Shown here: positions 30,989-41,092 of the stretch, one piece after another | Layout of the letters: the number at the start of each line of letters is the position of its first letter | How positions within the stretch are numbered: the stretch's first letter is position 1 | Origin: an uncultured Chloroflexia bacterium | GTDB taxonomy: Bacteria > Chloroflexota > Limnocylindria > Limnocylindrales > CSP1-4 | Direction of reading: 5' to 3' | Length of the DNA: 64,000 nucleotides | Assembly: GCA_963713975.1 (NCBI GenBank) | Contig: OY970218.1 | Span: forward strand, 704,001-768,000 | Notes under the pieces: generated by a model | Database searches by the model: none | Told to the model about the DNA's origin: nothing | The model's input: only the letters and a program-made list of their open reading frames with translations | Position numbers and translations under genes: made by a program

Positions 30989-32098
30989 GTGCGCTACCGG
31001 CGGATGCCGATCGAGGAGGAGTCGCCCGAGCAGCTCGGCTACGGGCGTATCCGGCGGAACCTGGCCGAGAGCTCCGTGTCGGACGCATCGCTCGCAGACC
31101 TTGGCGTCGACCTCGGCAGCCTGGTCCTCCAGTACGGCGACCACCTGGGGTTGCCGGAGCTGCGCGAGGCGATCGCCGCCGACGCACTGGGGGCGGTCGG
31201 GGACGACGTCATCGTGACGCCGGGCGCGGTCGCCGCGCTGTTCATGATCCACACGTCGCTCCTCGAGCCCGGTGACCACCTGGTCGTGGCGCGACCCAAC
31301 TACGCCACCAACGTCGAGACGCCGCGGGCCATCGGGGCGGACGTCACCTACCTGGATCTCAGGTACGAGGACGGATGGACCGTCGACCCGGCGCAGATCG
31401 CCGCACGCATGACGCCGCACACGAGGCTGGTCAGCCTCACCACCCCGCACAACCCCACCGGCACGACCCTGGACGAGTCGACCCTCCGGGCCGTCATCGA
31501 ACTCGTCGAGCGCCGCGGCGCACGCCTCCTGCTGGACGAGACCTACCGCGAGATGACGTTCGGGGAGCCGCTGCCGGTGGCCGCGGCCCTGAGCCCGTCG
31601 GTGATCTCGGTGAGCAGCCTGTCCAAGACGTACGGGCTGCCCGGCATCCGGATCGGCTGGCTGGTGACCCGAGATCGTGCGCTGCGGGACCGCTTCCTCG
31701 CCGCCAAGGAGCAGATCCTGATCAGCGGCTCGCTGGTGGACGAGACCATCGCGCTGGCGGCACTGCGACGGCGGCCGGCCTGGCTGCCGACGATCCGGGC
31801 ACGGATCGACGAGGCGTTCGGCATGACCGTCGGCTGGCTCGGTGACCACCCGCGACTGGAGTGGATCGAGCCCCGCGGCGGCGTCGTGGGCTTCCCGAGG
31901 ATCCGGCCGGGTGTCCCCGTGGACCCGGACGACTTCTACCGCGTCCTGTTTGAGGCACACGGGACGGTCGTGGGACCCGGACACTGGTTTGAGCAGCCCC
32001 GGGCGCACTTCCGGCTGGGCTACGGCTGGCCCTCGCTCACCGAGCTACGCGAGGGCCTGGACGCGATCGATGCCACCCTCGACGAGGTCGCCGGGTAG
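30989..32098 (+). CDS. Class I/II PLP-dependent aminotransferase
   Basis: PHNPTG, DETY and SLSKTYGLPGIRIGW. SD GGAGG before GTG 30989. Confidence 0.9.
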   Translation: MRYRRMPIEEESPEQLGYGRIRRNLAESSVSDASLADLGVDLGSLVLQYGDHLGLPELREAIAADALGAVGDDVIVTPGAVAALFMIHTSLLEPGDHLVVARPNYATNVETPRAIGADVTYLDLRYEDGWTVDPAQIAARMTPHTRLVSLTTPHNPTGTTLDESTLRAVIELVERRGARLLLDETYREMTFGEPLPVAAALSPSVISVSSLSKTYGLPGIRIGWLVTRDRALRDRFLAAKEQILISGSLVDETIALAALRRRPAWLPTIRARIDEAFGMTVGWLGDHPRLEWIEPRGGVVGFPRIRPGVPVDPDDFYRVLFEAHGTVVGPGHWFEQPRAHFRLGYGWPSLTELREGLDAIDATLDEVAG

Positions 32099-32140
32099 CC
32101 GTCGGGGACGGCCTCGATGCCGCCCCCTCGCAATGGGAGG

Positions 32141-32731
32141 CTAGTTCGACGTGATCGTCACGTCACTGGCCGTGATCGGGCCCTGGGCCGGAGCGCCGTC
32201 GGTGGTGGGCGCCGCGCTCGCATCGGGAGCACGCCCACCGCCGAGGCCGGCGACGGAGACCGAGACCTTGGTGCCTGGCGTGACGTCCGCCACGGTCGCG
32301 GCGGTCTGGCCGTGGTACGTGGACCCGGAGGTGTCGACCGCGGTCTCGGTGCCGTCGGCGGTCGTGATCGTCATGGTGGATCCGTCAATGCCGATCACGG
32401 TCCCGGTGATCGTCATGGTCCGGTCGTCGAGCCCGCCCGGCACCCCGGCGGGTGCGCCGTTGGCCGGGTCGAAGCTGGTGGCGGGCCCGCTCCCCGGCTG
32501 GTCCGTGAGCCCGGCCTGCGCGCGGGCGCCGAATGTTTCGACCGCGGCGGGCGCGGTGGTGCGACCGACAGCGAAGGTGATGCCCCCCACCGCCACCACG
32601 AGCGCGACGACGAGCAGGACGTTGGACGCGCCGCCCCGCTTCTTCGGCTTCGGGGCCTGCGCGAGGGTCGGGACGCCGGCGGGTACATGATCGGCTTGGG
32701 TTGTCGCCCGGTCGATGTTGGGATCGGTCAT
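32141..32731 (-). CDS. Hypothetical single-TM protein with an OB-fold-like (DUF5666-like) C-terminus
   Basis: TM segment, then ITGTVIGIDGSTMTITTADG...PGTKVSV..ITASDVTI. Last gene of the ABC efflux operon. Confidence 0.65.
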   Translation of the reverse strand: MTDPNIDRATTQADHVPAGVPTLAQAPKPKKRGGASNVLLVVALVVAVGGITFAVGRTTAPAAVETFGARAQAGLTDQPGSGPATSFDPANGAPAGVPGGLDDRTMTITGTVIGIDGSTMTITTADGTETAVDTSGSTYHGQTAATVADVTPGTKVSVSVAGLGGGRAPDASAAPTTDGAPAQGPITASDVTITSN

Positions 32732-32741
32732 CGGTTGTCTC

Positions 32742-33959
32742 CTATTCGAAGCGGAGTGCGGCGATGGGGTTGAGGCGAGCGGCCTGCCGCGCGGGCCACA
32801 CTCCGAAGACGACGCCGACGACCAGCGAGAAGAGGGTCGCGGCAACGAGGGTCACGGGGTTGAAGGTGAAGCCCCAGCCGGCCAGGGCGCCGATAACAGC
32901 GGAGGCGGCGAGGCCCACGAGCACGCCGATGAGCCCGCCCAGGAGCGACAGCACCAGGGCTTCCACCAGGAACTGGAGGAGGATGTCCCGGTTCCGTGCG
33001 CCGATCGCCTTGCGGATCCCGATCTCACGGGTCCGCTCGCGGACGGAGACCAGCATGATGTTCATGATCCCGATGCCGCCGACGATCAACGAGATCGAGG
33101 CGACGCCGGCAAGGAGCACGGTCAGCAGGCTGTAGACGGAGGTTGCCGTGCTCAGCAGCTGCGTCTGATCTGCCACGCTGAAGTCGTCGCTCGCGTCGGC
33201 GGCAATCCCATGGCGTTCCTCGAGCAGGGCCGTGACATCGGCCTTGACGGCCTCCATCTCGGCTGCGTTGGCGACCGAGACGCCGATGGATCGGACCCCG
33301 GACGACGATGAGCCGGTGAAGTACCGCTTGAGCGTGCTCACCGGGATCAGGACCTGGTCGTCGGCGCTGGTGCTGGTCGTGGTGCCCTTGGCCTGCAGGA
33401 TGCCGACGACCTCGAACGGGATCCCGTCGATGCTGATCTCGGAGCCGATGGCATTCACGCCCAGCTCGAGGTCATCAGCGGTGGTGGAGCCCAGGACGGC
33501 GACTCGCAGCCCCTGTTCGACCGAGGTGTCGGTGAGGAAGCTGCCCTGCCACAGGTCGTACGCCCGGACCGTGGGGTAGGCCTGCGTGGTGCCCAGGATG
33601 GTGGTGGTGGTGTTGAGATCGCCGGCGACCACGAAGGCGGATGTGGAGAGCTCCGGCGACACGGCAGCGACACCGTCGACCGCCTCGACCGCGGTGGCGT
33701 CCGCGAGCGTCAGCGTGGTGGCGGAGCCTGCGGCACCCCGTGTGCCGCCCGAGAATGTGGACCCGGCGTTGATCGTGAGCAGGTTGGTGCCGAGGCTCGT
33801 GATCCGGTTCGTGATCCCCGACGAGGCGCCCTGGCCAACCGCCACGAGGGCTACGACGGAGGCCACGCCGATGATGATCCCGAGCATCGTCAAGGCGGAC
33901 CGGATACGGCTCGTGCCCAGGCGGGAGATGGCGAGCCTGATCAGCTCAAGGAATCTCAT
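32742..33959 (-). CDS. MacB/FtsX-family ABC transporter permease
   Basis: RSALTMLGIIIGVASV and GGIGIMNIMLVSVRERTREIGIRKAIGA. Confidence 0.93.
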   Translation of the reverse strand: MRFLELIRLAISRLGTSRIRSALTMLGIIIGVASVVALVAVGQGASSGITNRITSLGTNLLTINAGSTFSGGTRGAAGSATTLTLADATAVEAVDGVAAVSPELSTSAFVVAGDLNTTTTILGTTQAYPTVRAYDLWQGSFLTDTSVEQGLRVAVLGSTTADDLELGVNAIGSEISIDGIPFEVVGILQAKGTTTSTSADDQVLIPVSTLKRYFTGSSSSGVRSIGVSVANAAEMEAVKADVTALLEERHGIAADASDDFSVADQTQLLSTATSVYSLLTVLLAGVASISLIVGGIGIMNIMLVSVRERTREIGIRKAIGARNRDILLQFLVEALVLSLLGGLIGVLVGLAASAVIGALAGWGFTFNPVTLVAATLFSLVVGVVFGVWPARQAARLNPIAALRFE

Positions 33960-34630
33960 GCCGCGATCCGTCCGTCGCGCACGTGGACCTGGCGGTTTGC
34001 CAGGGCGGCCACGTCCGCGTCGTGGGTGATCAGGACGACGGTCCGGCCGGCGTCGTTGAGCTCGCGCAGGACGCGCATGACGTCCTCCCCCGATGCGCTG
34101 TCAAGATTGCCTGTGGGCTCGTCCGCGAGGATGAGGCGCGGTTCCGTGACCAGCGCCCGGGCGATGGCAACGCGCTGCTGCTGGCCGCCCGACAGCTCGG
34201 CTGGCTCATGGTCCATGCGGTCCGCGAGGCCCAGCCGCTCCAGGGCGGCGGCGGCCCGCGTCAGCCGTTCCGTCCTGCCCACGCCCTGGTAGAGCAGGGG
34301 GGTTGCGACGTTCTCGATCGCGGTAGTGCGCGAGAGGAGGTTGTAGCTCTGGAAGACGAAGCCGATCGTCCGACTTCGCACGGCGGCGAGGCCATCGTCG
34401 TCGAGATCCTCCACGGCGATCCCGTCCAGGACGTAGCGGCCCGAGGTCGGGCGGTCCAGGCAGCCCAGGATGTTCATGAGGGTGGACTTCCCGGATCCGG
34501 ACGGGCCTACGATGGCGAGGAACTCGCCTTCCTCGACCCGCAGGCTGGCATCTGCCAAGGCGTGAACCTGGACCCGTCCCAGGTCGTAGGTGCGGGTCAC
34601 CGCGTCAAGATCGATGAGCGGACCGCTCAT
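33956..34630 (-). CDS. ABC transporter ATP-binding protein (MacB/LolD type)
   Basis: Walker A GPSGSGKS, LSGGQQQR, ADEPTGNLD and ITHD. Confidence 0.95.
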   Translation of the reverse strand: MSGPLIDLDAVTRTYDLGRVQVHALADASLRVEEGEFLAIVGPSGSGKSTLMNILGCLDRPTSGRYVLDGIAVEDLDDDGLAAVRSRTIGFVFQSYNLLSRTTAIENVATPLLYQGVGRTERLTRAAAALERLGLADRMDHEPAELSGGQQQRVAIARALVTEPRLILADEPTGNLDSASGEDVMRVLRELNDAGRTVVLITHDADVAALANRQVHVRDGRIAA

Positions 34631-36294
34631 GGCTGGCTCTGCGTGTCTGCGGGCGGGCCGGCGGCGGGCGGGCCGCCGGCCGGGCTGCCACCCGTTCCCG
34701 ACAGGTCGCCGAAGCCTCCGCCCAGCGCGTCGCGGGTTCCGGACGTCGTGGTCGTGGCGGTGGAGGTGCGATCGGCCGAGGTACCGGTGACCACAGCCTC
34801 ACCGTCGCTGAGGCCGCTGGTGATCTGGGCGAGGTCCGAGGTCACGAGGCCCACCTCTACGCTGCGGTTCTCGAGGGTCCCATCCGCGTTGAGGACACGC
34901 ACCGTGTATCTGCCCGACGTGCCGGAGACCGCGATCGCCGGCACCGCCACGGTGTCGTCCGCTTCGGCGATCACGATGGTGACCTCCGCCGACATGCCGG
35001 GGAGGGGGCTCGATGCCGTCGCTGCCGGGGCCACTGGCGTCGTGGCCACGGTGGCGGCGGAGCCGGTGCCTGCGGAGGCCACGGGCACGGCGTCGTCGTC
35101 CAGGGTGACGACCACCGTGTAGGCGACGACGGTGGACGAGCCGGAGGTCGTGGCCACGGGGTCGATGGCGGTCACCGTGCCGCTGGCCGTGTCGCCGGTG
35201 GCCGAGATGGCGATGTTCGCCGTCTGACCCACCTTGACCTCAAGGATGTCGTCCTCGCTGACGGTGGTGCTGAGGGCGAGTCGGGTGGACTGGAGCTCGA
35301 TGGCGGTGCCCGTGCTGTCGACACCATCCACGGCATTGACCGCGGTGATCCGGCCGTCGATCGGGGCCGTGATCGTCGTCGCCGCAAGGGCCGCCTCGGC
35401 GTCGGCCAGGGCGGTCTCGGCGTTGAGGATGGCAACGTCGTCCGCGGCGATGGTTGCGTCGTCGGCGGTGGCGGTCGAGGTCTTGTAGTTGCGCGTCGCG
35501 GACGTGACCGTCAGCTTCGCGTTGGTGATCTGGCTCGCCGCCTGGCGGTTGCTGCTGGCGGCCTGAAGCCGGATGGATGCCAGGCTCTGCCGAGCCTGCG
35601 TGATCGCGGCCTCATCCTGGCTGAGCGTCTGCGCAGGAGCGCCGCTCTTCTTGTCCGACGCGTACTGCGACTTCGCCGTGGAGAGAGCCTGCTTGGCGTG
35701 CTTGATCGACAGGTTGTTCTGAGCGACCGTGCTCGAGTACGAGGAACGGGCCTGGCTGAGCTGCTGCTTGGCGCTGGTGACCTGATCCTTCGCGGTGGCC
35801 CGACTGGTCGAGGTCCCGCCGGCCAGATCGGTCTTGAGCAATGCCTGGGCCGCGGCCAGATTCGCCTCGGCAACGCGGACCGCCAGCTCGGCCGACTTGT
35901 CGTCGGCCACGGCCAGGACGGTGCCCGCCGTGACGATGTCACCGACAGAGACATTCACGGAGGTCACCGGCCAGCTCACGGCCAGCGCGGACGTGCCGGA
36001 TGTGGTCTCCGCGGGGGAGGTGGCAACCGTCGCGGTTGACGACGTTCCGGTGGTCCTGGAGGTATCGGTGCCGCTCGTGGCGACCGGCGTCTCGCCGAAG
36101 GCGAGGTCGTAGATCGTGGCGGCGACCAGGCTCCCGCTGGCAACGGCCGTCTGCTGCACCGTGGTGGTCGTGGCCTGTGACGTGCGGTAGGTCTCGGACG
36201 AGGCCGGGGTGCTGCCGACGCCCAGGGCGGTGACGCCGACGGCGCCCACGCCGACGGTGATGAGCCCGACGGCCGCGAGGGCCTTGATGTTCAT
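34627..36294 (-). CDS. Membrane-fusion (MacA-like periplasmic adaptor) protein
   Basis: N-terminal anchor, lipoyl halves (VSVGDIVTAG..L / ITAPIDGRI), long coiled coil, LPGMSA and GLSDGEAVV. Confidence 0.85.
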   Translation of the reverse strand: MNIKALAAVGLITVGVGAVGVTALGVGSTPASSETYRTSQATTTTVQQTAVASGSLVAATIYDLAFGETPVATSGTDTSRTTGTSSTATVATSPAETTSGTSALAVSWPVTSVNVSVGDIVTAGTVLAVADDKSAELAVRVAEANLAAAQALLKTDLAGGTSTSRATAKDQVTSAKQQLSQARSSYSSTVAQNNLSIKHAKQALSTAKSQYASDKKSGAPAQTLSQDEAAITQARQSLASIRLQAASSNRQAASQITNAKLTVTSATRNYKTSTATADDATIAADDVAILNAETALADAEAALAATTITAPIDGRITAVNAVDGVDSTGTAIELQSTRLALSTTVSEDDILEVKVGQTANIAISATGDTASGTVTAIDPVATTSGSSTVVAYTVVVTLDDDAVPVASAGTGSAATVATTPVAPAATASSPLPGMSAEVTIVIAEADDTVAVPAIAVSGTSGRYTVRVLNADGTLENRSVEVGLVTSDLAQITSGLSDGEAVVTGTSADRTSTATTTTSGTRDALGGGFGDLSGTGGSPAGGPPAAGPPADTQSQP

Positions 36295-36445
36295 GCGCAG
36301 TTCTCCAGGTGGCGCTCTTGCCTGTCCGGCTGCGGAACGGCCGAACAGAACGGGAGTGGGGAGGGATCCCCGACGAGGAGTGTGCGCAGGGCTTCCTTGC
36401 GGTCTCGTTACCGCGTCGTGGTCAGATCAGCGACGACTCGCGAGC

Positions 36446-37489
36446 TTACGGGCGCTGGTCCGTGCTCGGCTTCGCCCACAGGTTGACGCCACCCTCGACC
36501 GCGTGGCGGTCGATCTCGGCAAGCTCGTCCTGGGTGAAGTCCAGCTTCGCCACGACCCCGAGGTTCTCGCGGACCTGCTCCGGCGAGCTCGCGCCGATCA
36601 GCGTCGTGGTGACACGGGGATCGCGCAGCACCCAGGCATAGGCCATCTGCGCCAGCGTCTGGCCACGGCCCCTGGCGATCTCGTTGAGAGCACGAACTCG
36701 GGCCAGGTTCTCCTCGGACAGCGTCTCCCTGGGGAAGGAATTGCCACCGGGCCGGTTGATCCGAGCGTTCGCCGGGATCCCGTCCAGGTACTTGTCCGTG
36801 AGCAGCCCCTGGGCGAGCGCCGTGAACGCAATCGCGCCGGCGCCGACGTCCTCCAGGGTGTCGAGGAGATCCGCCTCCACCCAGCGGTTGAACAGGTTGT
36901 AGGCGGGCTGGTGGATCAGCAGCGGCACGCCCTCCGTGGCGAGGAGCGAGGCCGCCTCGCGGGTCTTCCCGGCGGAGTAGGACGAGATGCCGACGTACAG
37001 CGCCTTGCCCTGGTGGACGGCGTGGGCGAGTGCGGCCATCGTCTCGTCGAGCGGCGTGTCCGGGTCAAACCGGTGGGAGTAGAAGATGTCGAAGTACTCC
37101 ACGCCGACACGCCGCAGGCTCTGGTCGAGGCTCGCCAGCACGTACTTGCGCGAGCCGCCACCCTGGCCGTAGGGGCCCGGCCACATGTCCCAGCCCGCCT
37201 TGCTGGAGATGACCAGCTCGTCCCGGTGGGCGGCGAGGTCCTCGCGCAGGATCCGGCCGAAGTTGACCTCGGCCGAACCGTACGGCGGTCCATAGTTGTT
37301 GGCCAGGTCCATGTGCGTGATGCCGGCATCGAAGGCCGTCCGGACGATTGCCTTCTGGGTCTCCATCGGCGTGGTGTCGCCGAAGTTGTGCCACAGGCCG
37401 AGGGACAGTACGGGCAGCTGCAGCCCGCTCGCGCCACAGGTGCGGTAGACCATCGAGTCGTAGCGGTCGGTCGCGGGAAGGTACGGCAC
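36446..37489 (-). CDS. Aldo/keto reductase, L-glyceraldehyde-3-phosphate reductase (YghZ/Gpr) type
   Basis: LSLGLWHNFG, DLANNYGPPYGSAE, SSKAG and GKALYVGISSY. Confidence 0.9.
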   Translation of the reverse strand: MPYLPATDRYDSMVYRTCGASGLQLPVLSLGLWHNFGDTTPMETQKAIVRTAFDAGITHMDLANNYGPPYGSAEVNFGRILREDLAAHRDELVISSKAGWDMWPGPYGQGGGSRKYVLASLDQSLRRVGVEYFDIFYSHRFDPDTPLDETMAALAHAVHQGKALYVGISSYSAGKTREAASLLATEGVPLLIHQPAYNLFNRWVEADLLDTLEDVGAGAIAFTALAQGLLTDKYLDGIPANARINRPGGNSFPRETLSEENLARVRALNEIARGRGQTLAQMAYAWVLRDPRVTTTLIGASSPEQVRENLGVVAKLDFTQDELAEIDRHAVEGGVNLWAKPSTDQRP

Positions 37490-37661
37490 CTTGGGCCTCC
37501 GGGTGGTGGTGAGGTGGCCGTGGCCACGCCTGCTGGTTCCACCCTAGCGCGGGTCGCAGGGAGCGTGCACCATCAGCCGACGACCGGCCCCATAATCGGG
37601 CGGGGTGGTCAGCTCGCCGGCCGGCGGGTCCGGATCGCCCGACCAGACGAAGGAGCGGCCG

Positions 37662-38792
37662 ATGGCACGGGCGAAGCGGGTCGGCATCCTGACGGCAGGC
37701 GGCGACAGCCCCGGCCTCAACGCGGCCATCCGCGGCTTTGGAAAGGCGGCCATCGGCCACCACGGCATGCGCCTGCTCGGGTTCCGGGACGGGTTCCGGG
37801 GCCTCGCGGAGGACCGCTTCATCGACCTCGACGCCCGCGCCCTTGCCGGCATCCTGACGGTCGGTGGCACGATCCTGGGCACCAGCCGCGACAAGCCGCA
37901 CCGGATGACGGTCGACGGCACCACCGTCGACATGACCGAGACGATCGTACGGACGTACCGGCGGCACCGCCTGGACGCCCTCGTGTGCATCGGCGGCAAC
38001 GGGACGGCGAAGAACAGCCTGCGCCTGGTCAAGGCTGGCCTGAACATCGTGATGCTGCCCAAGACGATCGACAACGACGTGGTGGAGACGGACGCGACGA
38101 TCGGGTTCTCGACCTCGCTCACGATCGCCACGGAGGCCATCGACCGCCTCCACAGCACGGCCCACAGCCATCACAGGATCATCCTGGCGGAGGTCATGGG
38201 CCACCGGGCCGGCTGGCTGACGCTGGCCGCAGGCATCGCCGGTGGTGCGGACGTGATCCTGATCCCCGAGATCCCTTATCGCATCGACAGCGTCGTCGGC
38301 GCGATCCGGCGGCGCACGGAGTCGGGCACGAACTTCAGCATCATCGCGGTCGCCGAGGGCGCCCGGGACGTCGACACCAACCTGCGCTACCAGGGCATGG
38401 TCGCCCGTCGCAAGGCCACCGACTCGGGCACTCCCGAGCGGGCGGTTGCAGACGCCGAGCTGGCCGCCTTCGATGCCGACCACACCGGCCACTCGCTGCG
38501 CCTCGCGCACCAGCTGGAGGCCCTCACCGGCCTGGAGTCGCGCGTCTCGATCCTGGGCTACGTGCAGCGCGGCGGGACGCCTTCCCCCATCGATCGGGTG
38601 CTCGCCGCGCGCCTCGGCAACGCGGGCGCGGACCTCGTGGCCGGGGGCACGTTCGGGATCATGGTGGCGGCCGAAGGCGAGGGCACCCGAACCGTGCCGC
38701 TGGAGCTCGTCGGAGGGCGACTGAAGACCGTTCCGCTGGAGCACTCACTGGTCGCGACCGCGCGCAACGTGGGCACCTGCCTCGGCGACTGA
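37662..38792 (+). CDS. pfkA: 6-phosphofructokinase (group III, probably ATP-dependent)
   Basis: [22 protein letters not shown] (Gly at the 104-equivalent), PKTIDND, EVMGH and LGYVQRGG. Confidence 0.9.
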   Translation: MARAKRVGILTAGGDSPGLNAAIRGFGKAAIGHHGMRLLGFRDGFRGLAEDRFIDLDARALAGILTVGGTILGTSRDKPHRMTVDGTTVDMTETIVRTYRRHRLDALVCIGGNGTAKNSLRLVKAGLNIVMLPKTIDNDVVETDATIGFSTSLTIATEAIDRLHSTAHSHHRIILAEVMGHRAGWLTLAAGIAGGADVILIPEIPYRIDSVVGAIRRRTESGTNFSIIAVAEGARDVDTNLRYQGMVARRKATDSGTPERAVADAELAAFDADHTGHSLRLAHQLEALTGLESRVSILGYVQRGGTPSPIDRVLAARLGNAGADLVAGGTFGIMVAAEGEGTRTVPLELVGGRLKTVPLEHSLVATARNVGTCLGD

Positions 38793-38824
38793 CCCGGGCG
38801 CGAGTAGCTGCGGGGCGCGCTGTC

Positions 38825-38979
38825 CCCCTTCTGTGCCTCCCATCGGTTCAACGGTCAGGTGAACTGCGGTTCCACCCGCTCAGTGGAACGTTTGTCGGAT
38901 GGCACGCCTCCCCCGCCCGACAGATGTGCCTGCCAGCGGCGCAAACCGGGATGCACCCGACCGTTGCGCCGCCCAGCGG
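38825..38979 (+). repeat. Dispersed ~155-bp intergenic element, copy 1
   Basis: Aligns by hand at about 70-75% identity to the reverse complement of 55581-55733. Confidence 0.75.
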
Positions 38980-39051
38980 CTCGCGGCCGTTCGACAGCGG
39001 CGAAGCGGAGCACGGGGCAACCGGCCGTCCCGTCCGGAGCCGCTGCCCCGG

Positions 39052-39390
39052 CTAGAACCCGGCGCCGGCCGCGCCGCTCTCCGTAACGGTGCCGTCGGCC
39101 GTCTCGACGAGCCGCGGAGCGCCCCGCTCGGCGCGAAGGCGGTTCGCGTACTCCAGGCTGCCCTTGGCGCCGGACGCAACATCGGCGCGGGCGGGGATCA
39201 CGTTGTTGAAGTAGTCGTGATGGGCAACCGATCCCAGGACGCAGGTTCCGTCCTCGAGGGCACGTTCGATCGCGCGCGGGAGCTCGCCTTGCTGCTTCCA
39301 GCCCTCGCCGTTGTCGATCAGGTGCTGCAGGAATGCGACGGGGTAATGATCCAGGCCGTCCTGGACGTTCTCGGGGTTGAAGTCGGTCAA
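39052..39390 (-). CDS. Small hypothetical protein
   Basis: TTG start after GAAAGG. Natural-looking composition LQHLIDNGEGWKQQG...GTCVLG...DYFNNVIPAR..V..GAKGS..Y. Confidence 0.65.
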   Translation of the reverse strand: MTDFNPENVQDGLDHYPVAFLQHLIDNGEGWKQQGELPRAIERALEDGTCVLGSVAHHDYFNNVIPARADVASGAKGSLEYANRLRAERGAPRLVETADGTVTESGAAGAGF

Positions 39391-39508
39391 GGAGGAGCCC
39401 TTTCGTCCTGAGGGGCGGGGATGGGAGGTGGGACGCCTCCGCAGCATTGTAGGGCCGCCGGCCGAGCGAGACCGCCCGTGTCACCGCGCCGGGCTACCAT
39501 CGCCGGGC

Positions 39509-40261
39509 ATGGCTCCCGAGGCGCTCGTCTTCCTGTTCATCGCGGGCGTCGCCGCCGGGATCGTCAGCGTCCTTGTGAGCCTCGCGTCGCTGATCTCGTA
39601 CCCCGCGCTCCTTGCCGTGGGCCTGCCGCCGGTCTCCGCCAACGTGACCAACACGGTGGCCCTTGTGTTCACGGGGGTCGGGGCCGGGCTGGGGTCGCGA
39701 CGGGAGCTCGTCGGGCTGGGCCCGCTCCTCGCCCGGCTCGCGATCGCGGCGGCCGTCGGCGGGCTGACGGGCGCAACCCTGCTGCTGATCCTGCCGAGCC
39801 GCGTGTTCGAGCTGGTGGCCCCATGGCTGATCGCCGGGGCCTCGATCCTGGTCCTGGTCCAGCCCCGTCTCCGCACGCTCCGGGTCGCCCGCGCACCCGG
39901 GATGCGGCCGCTGACCGTCGCCGTGTACACGGCCACCGCCGTCTACACGGGCTACTTCGGGGCCGCGGGCGGCATCCTCGCGCTCGTCGCGCTGAGCTCG
40001 ATCATCGCGCGTCCGTACCACGACGTGAACGCCTCCAAGAACACGCTGGCGGCGGTGTCCAACGGGGCCGCGGCCCTGCTGTTCATCCTGCTGGGCCCCG
40101 TGGAGTGGGCGTCGGTCGTGCCGCTCGCGGCGGGGCTGTTCGTGGGCGGCCTGATCGGCCCGGCGATCGCCCGTCGCGTGCCGGCCGCCTTGCTGCGGGT
40201 GCTCGTCGCCGCCTGCGGGCTGGCCGTCGCCGCGGTGCTCGCCTGGGGGACGTACCGCTAG
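39509..40261 (+). CDS. Sulfite exporter TauE/SafE (TSUP) family membrane protein
   Basis: SLISYPALL..GLPPVSANVTN and YTGYFGAAGG motifs, ~8 TM segments. Confidence 0.85.
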   Translation: MAPEALVFLFIAGVAAGIVSVLVSLASLISYPALLAVGLPPVSANVTNTVALVFTGVGAGLGSRRELVGLGPLLARLAIAAAVGGLTGATLLLILPSRVFELVAPWLIAGASILVLVQPRLRTLRVARAPGMRPLTVAVYTATAVYTGYFGAAGGILALVALSSIIARPYHDVNASKNTLAAVSNGAAALLFILLGPVEWASVVPLAAGLFVGGLIGPAIARRVPAALLRVLVAACGLAVAAVLAWGTYR

Positions 40262-40276
40262 GGGCGACGGCCGTGC

Positions 40277-41092
40277 TCAGGGCAGCGGCTCGAGGACGTC
40301 GCCCACCTTCACCAGACCCGGTCGCTCCACCTCGGCGTACATCCCGAACGGGACACCGCGCGGCTCATGCATCAGCGGCCGGTACTCCGAGATCCGCTTG
40401 AGCGTGTCGAAGTCCTTGTCACCGGTGTCCGGGTCCCGTGTGGTCGCCACGCAGCGCGGCACGGGCCCCAGGATCCGCACGACGGCGTCCCCGATCCGGA
40501 CGGAGCTTCCCTCCCAGCCATCCTCCTCGTACGGCACGCAGCCGTCCAGCTCCAGGTTCATCCGGAAGCGGCGCGGGTCCAGGTCCGGCCGCCCGCTCCG
40601 AGTCCCGAGATCCGCGACGGAGGCCAACGAGACGAGCGAGAGCCGGTGGACGTCAGGGCCGTCTCCCTCCGCGTCGGCGCAGACCAGCCGCAGTGGCCGG
40701 CCGGTGAACGCTGCGATCGCCTCTGCGGCGTGTCCCTCGACGAACCGCCCCGGAACCGGGCGGCCGTAGAAGTCCGTCACGTGCCGGGTCCCGAGATCTT
40801 GCGTGCTCGAGACCGCCTCCGTCCCATCGGGCAGCTCGATCCTGAGCGTCCCGGCGTCGGCGTCCCAGGTCACTTCCAGCCGCATCAGGAGACCGAGATC
40901 GCCACAGCTGAACAGGGCGCCGCCATCATCGACGAGGTGGAAACGGCGGTTGCCGGGAATGCCCAGCCGCGTGAGCTCGACGGTCCCGGGATGCAGCAGG
41001 CGCGTTCCCTTCAGGGGTGTGACATTGAATCGCGCCACGCGCGGCGCCAGGCCACAAGCCGCCTTCCCGGGTCCCGGGCTCGCGCCGCTCAT
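40277..41092 (-). CDS. MOSC domain protein (MOSC_N + MOSC)
   Basis: TPLKG, NRRF.LVD, RRFRMNL, EEDGW and the conserved Cys in PRCVATT. Confidence 0.88.
   Translation of the reverse strand: MSGASPGPGKAACGLAPRVARFNVTPLKGTRLLHPGTVELTRLGIPGNRRFHLVDDGGALFSCGDLGLLMRLEVTWDADAGTLRIELPDGTEAVSSTQDLGTRHVTDFYGRPVPGRFVEGHAAEAIAAFTGRPLRLVCADAEGDGPDVHRLSLVSLASVADLGTRSGRPDLDPRRFRMNLELDGCVPYEEDGWEGSSVRIGDAVVRILGPVPRCVATTRDPDTGDKDFDTLKRISEYRPLMHEPRGVPFGMYAEVERPGLVKVGDVLEPLP

Noticed and set aside
36358-36371. GGGGA-GGGA-TCCCC palindrome upstream of the efflux operon
   Set aside because: Only 5-bp arms in a GC-rich background, with no cognate regulator nearby.
36209-39055. 948-aa plus-strand ORF and similar long antisense ORFs (e.g. 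21269-24292, 42255-44441)
   Set aside because: These overlap well-supported genes, lack motifs and have the low-complexity composition expected from stop-poor high-GC frames.
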